A stretch of 64,000 nucleotides of DNA, from contig OX638380.1 in assembly GCA_951813855.1 (NCBI GenBank), positions 4,685,797-4,749,796 on the forward strand, given 5' to 3'. This DNA is from an uncultured Verrucomicrobiae bacterium. Its GTDB lineage: Bacteria > Verrucomicrobiota > Verrucomicrobiia > Limisphaerales > AAA164-E04. A program made the translations under genes and the position numbers. This document shows positions 63,692 to 64,000 of the stretch, piece by piece. Position 1 is the stretch's first letter. Every line of letters starts with the position of its first letter. The notes below the pieces were generated by a model. The model was given only the letters and a program-made list of their open reading frames with translations. It did not search any database and was not told where the DNA came from.

Positions 63692-64000
63692 GGCACAGCG
63701 CTATTGATCTGGCCGGCGAATCATGTTCGCTGTCGCTCCTTTCTGGAAGTCTATCGCTTCCTGAAAATATTCTCCCAGGGTCGTTTTCGATAGTTTTTGA
63801 TCCCCGAAACCCTCCCGCCTTCCGAAAATGGTCTTTCGTTTATTCACGCTTGGGAGTCGATCGTTGCCTCTCGACCTGGTTGCTTCACGGTCACCGGCAA
63901 CTACGCCTGTTCCCTGCCGATCGGCGCATTTATACCGTCTTTCGCTGTGCCAAGGACCGACGCAATTTACCGGCACCGAAATCACAGGTTTCGTTCAACG

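Noticed and set aside
63701-63985. A 94-aa reverse-strand ORF at the right edge of the window.
   Set aside because: It has no motif and an R/G-rich composition, and it sits after a strong terminator. The evidence is insufficient.

Overview
This 64-kb chromosomal window most likely comes from a PVC-superphylum bacterium (Planctomycetota/Verrucomicrobiota-like). That call is inferred from gene content only: ISAzo13 'Rhodopirellula-type' transposases, a TAT-signal Gfo/Idh/MocA oxidoreductase, an FG-GAP+ASPIC/UnbV protein, DUF885 and an ECF sigma factor. Two ordinary housekeeping blocks flank the middle. Block 1 (1-14.1 kb) carries ECF sigma, polyprenyl synthase and ispH, a wHTH regulator, a MutT-like Nudix protein, a BASS transporter and an oxidoreductase. 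Block 2 (50-64 kb) carries RDD, DUF885, a CBM9-like protein, an FG-GAP/UnbV protein, a TIM-barrel isomerase and a sigma54-type glnK-amt operon. Between them lies a ~35-kb insertion-sequence graveyard (14.1-49.9 kb). It holds about nine transposase-bearing IS types plus two non-autonomous elements, in roughly 20 copies or fragments nested up to three deep. Most boundaries (terminal inverted repeats, TIRs, and target-site duplications, TSDs) can be read directly from the sequence. Resident genes in this zone are decayed: an RCC1-repeat lipoprotein, an ABC ATPase, proS, a DUF1015 gene and istB. Five items deserve follow-up. (1) A 1,957-bp cassette bounded by TIRs and an 8-bp TSD carries only a STAND-like P-loop ATPase and sits inside an IS256 transposase gene. 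(2) A possibly unassigned IS group (~2.4 kb, 5-bp TSD) encodes ~780-aa HTH+DDE-like proteins. (3) An ISAs1-type transposase is fused to a DUF4338 domain, in two intact copies that each have a TSD. (4) An ISAzo13 unit appears to have transposed using two copies of the same end. (5) proS and a DUF1015 gene are both truncated and fused head to head. No rRNA, tRNA or CRISPR array was recognised. All family names come from motif recognition by eye, and no database search was run.
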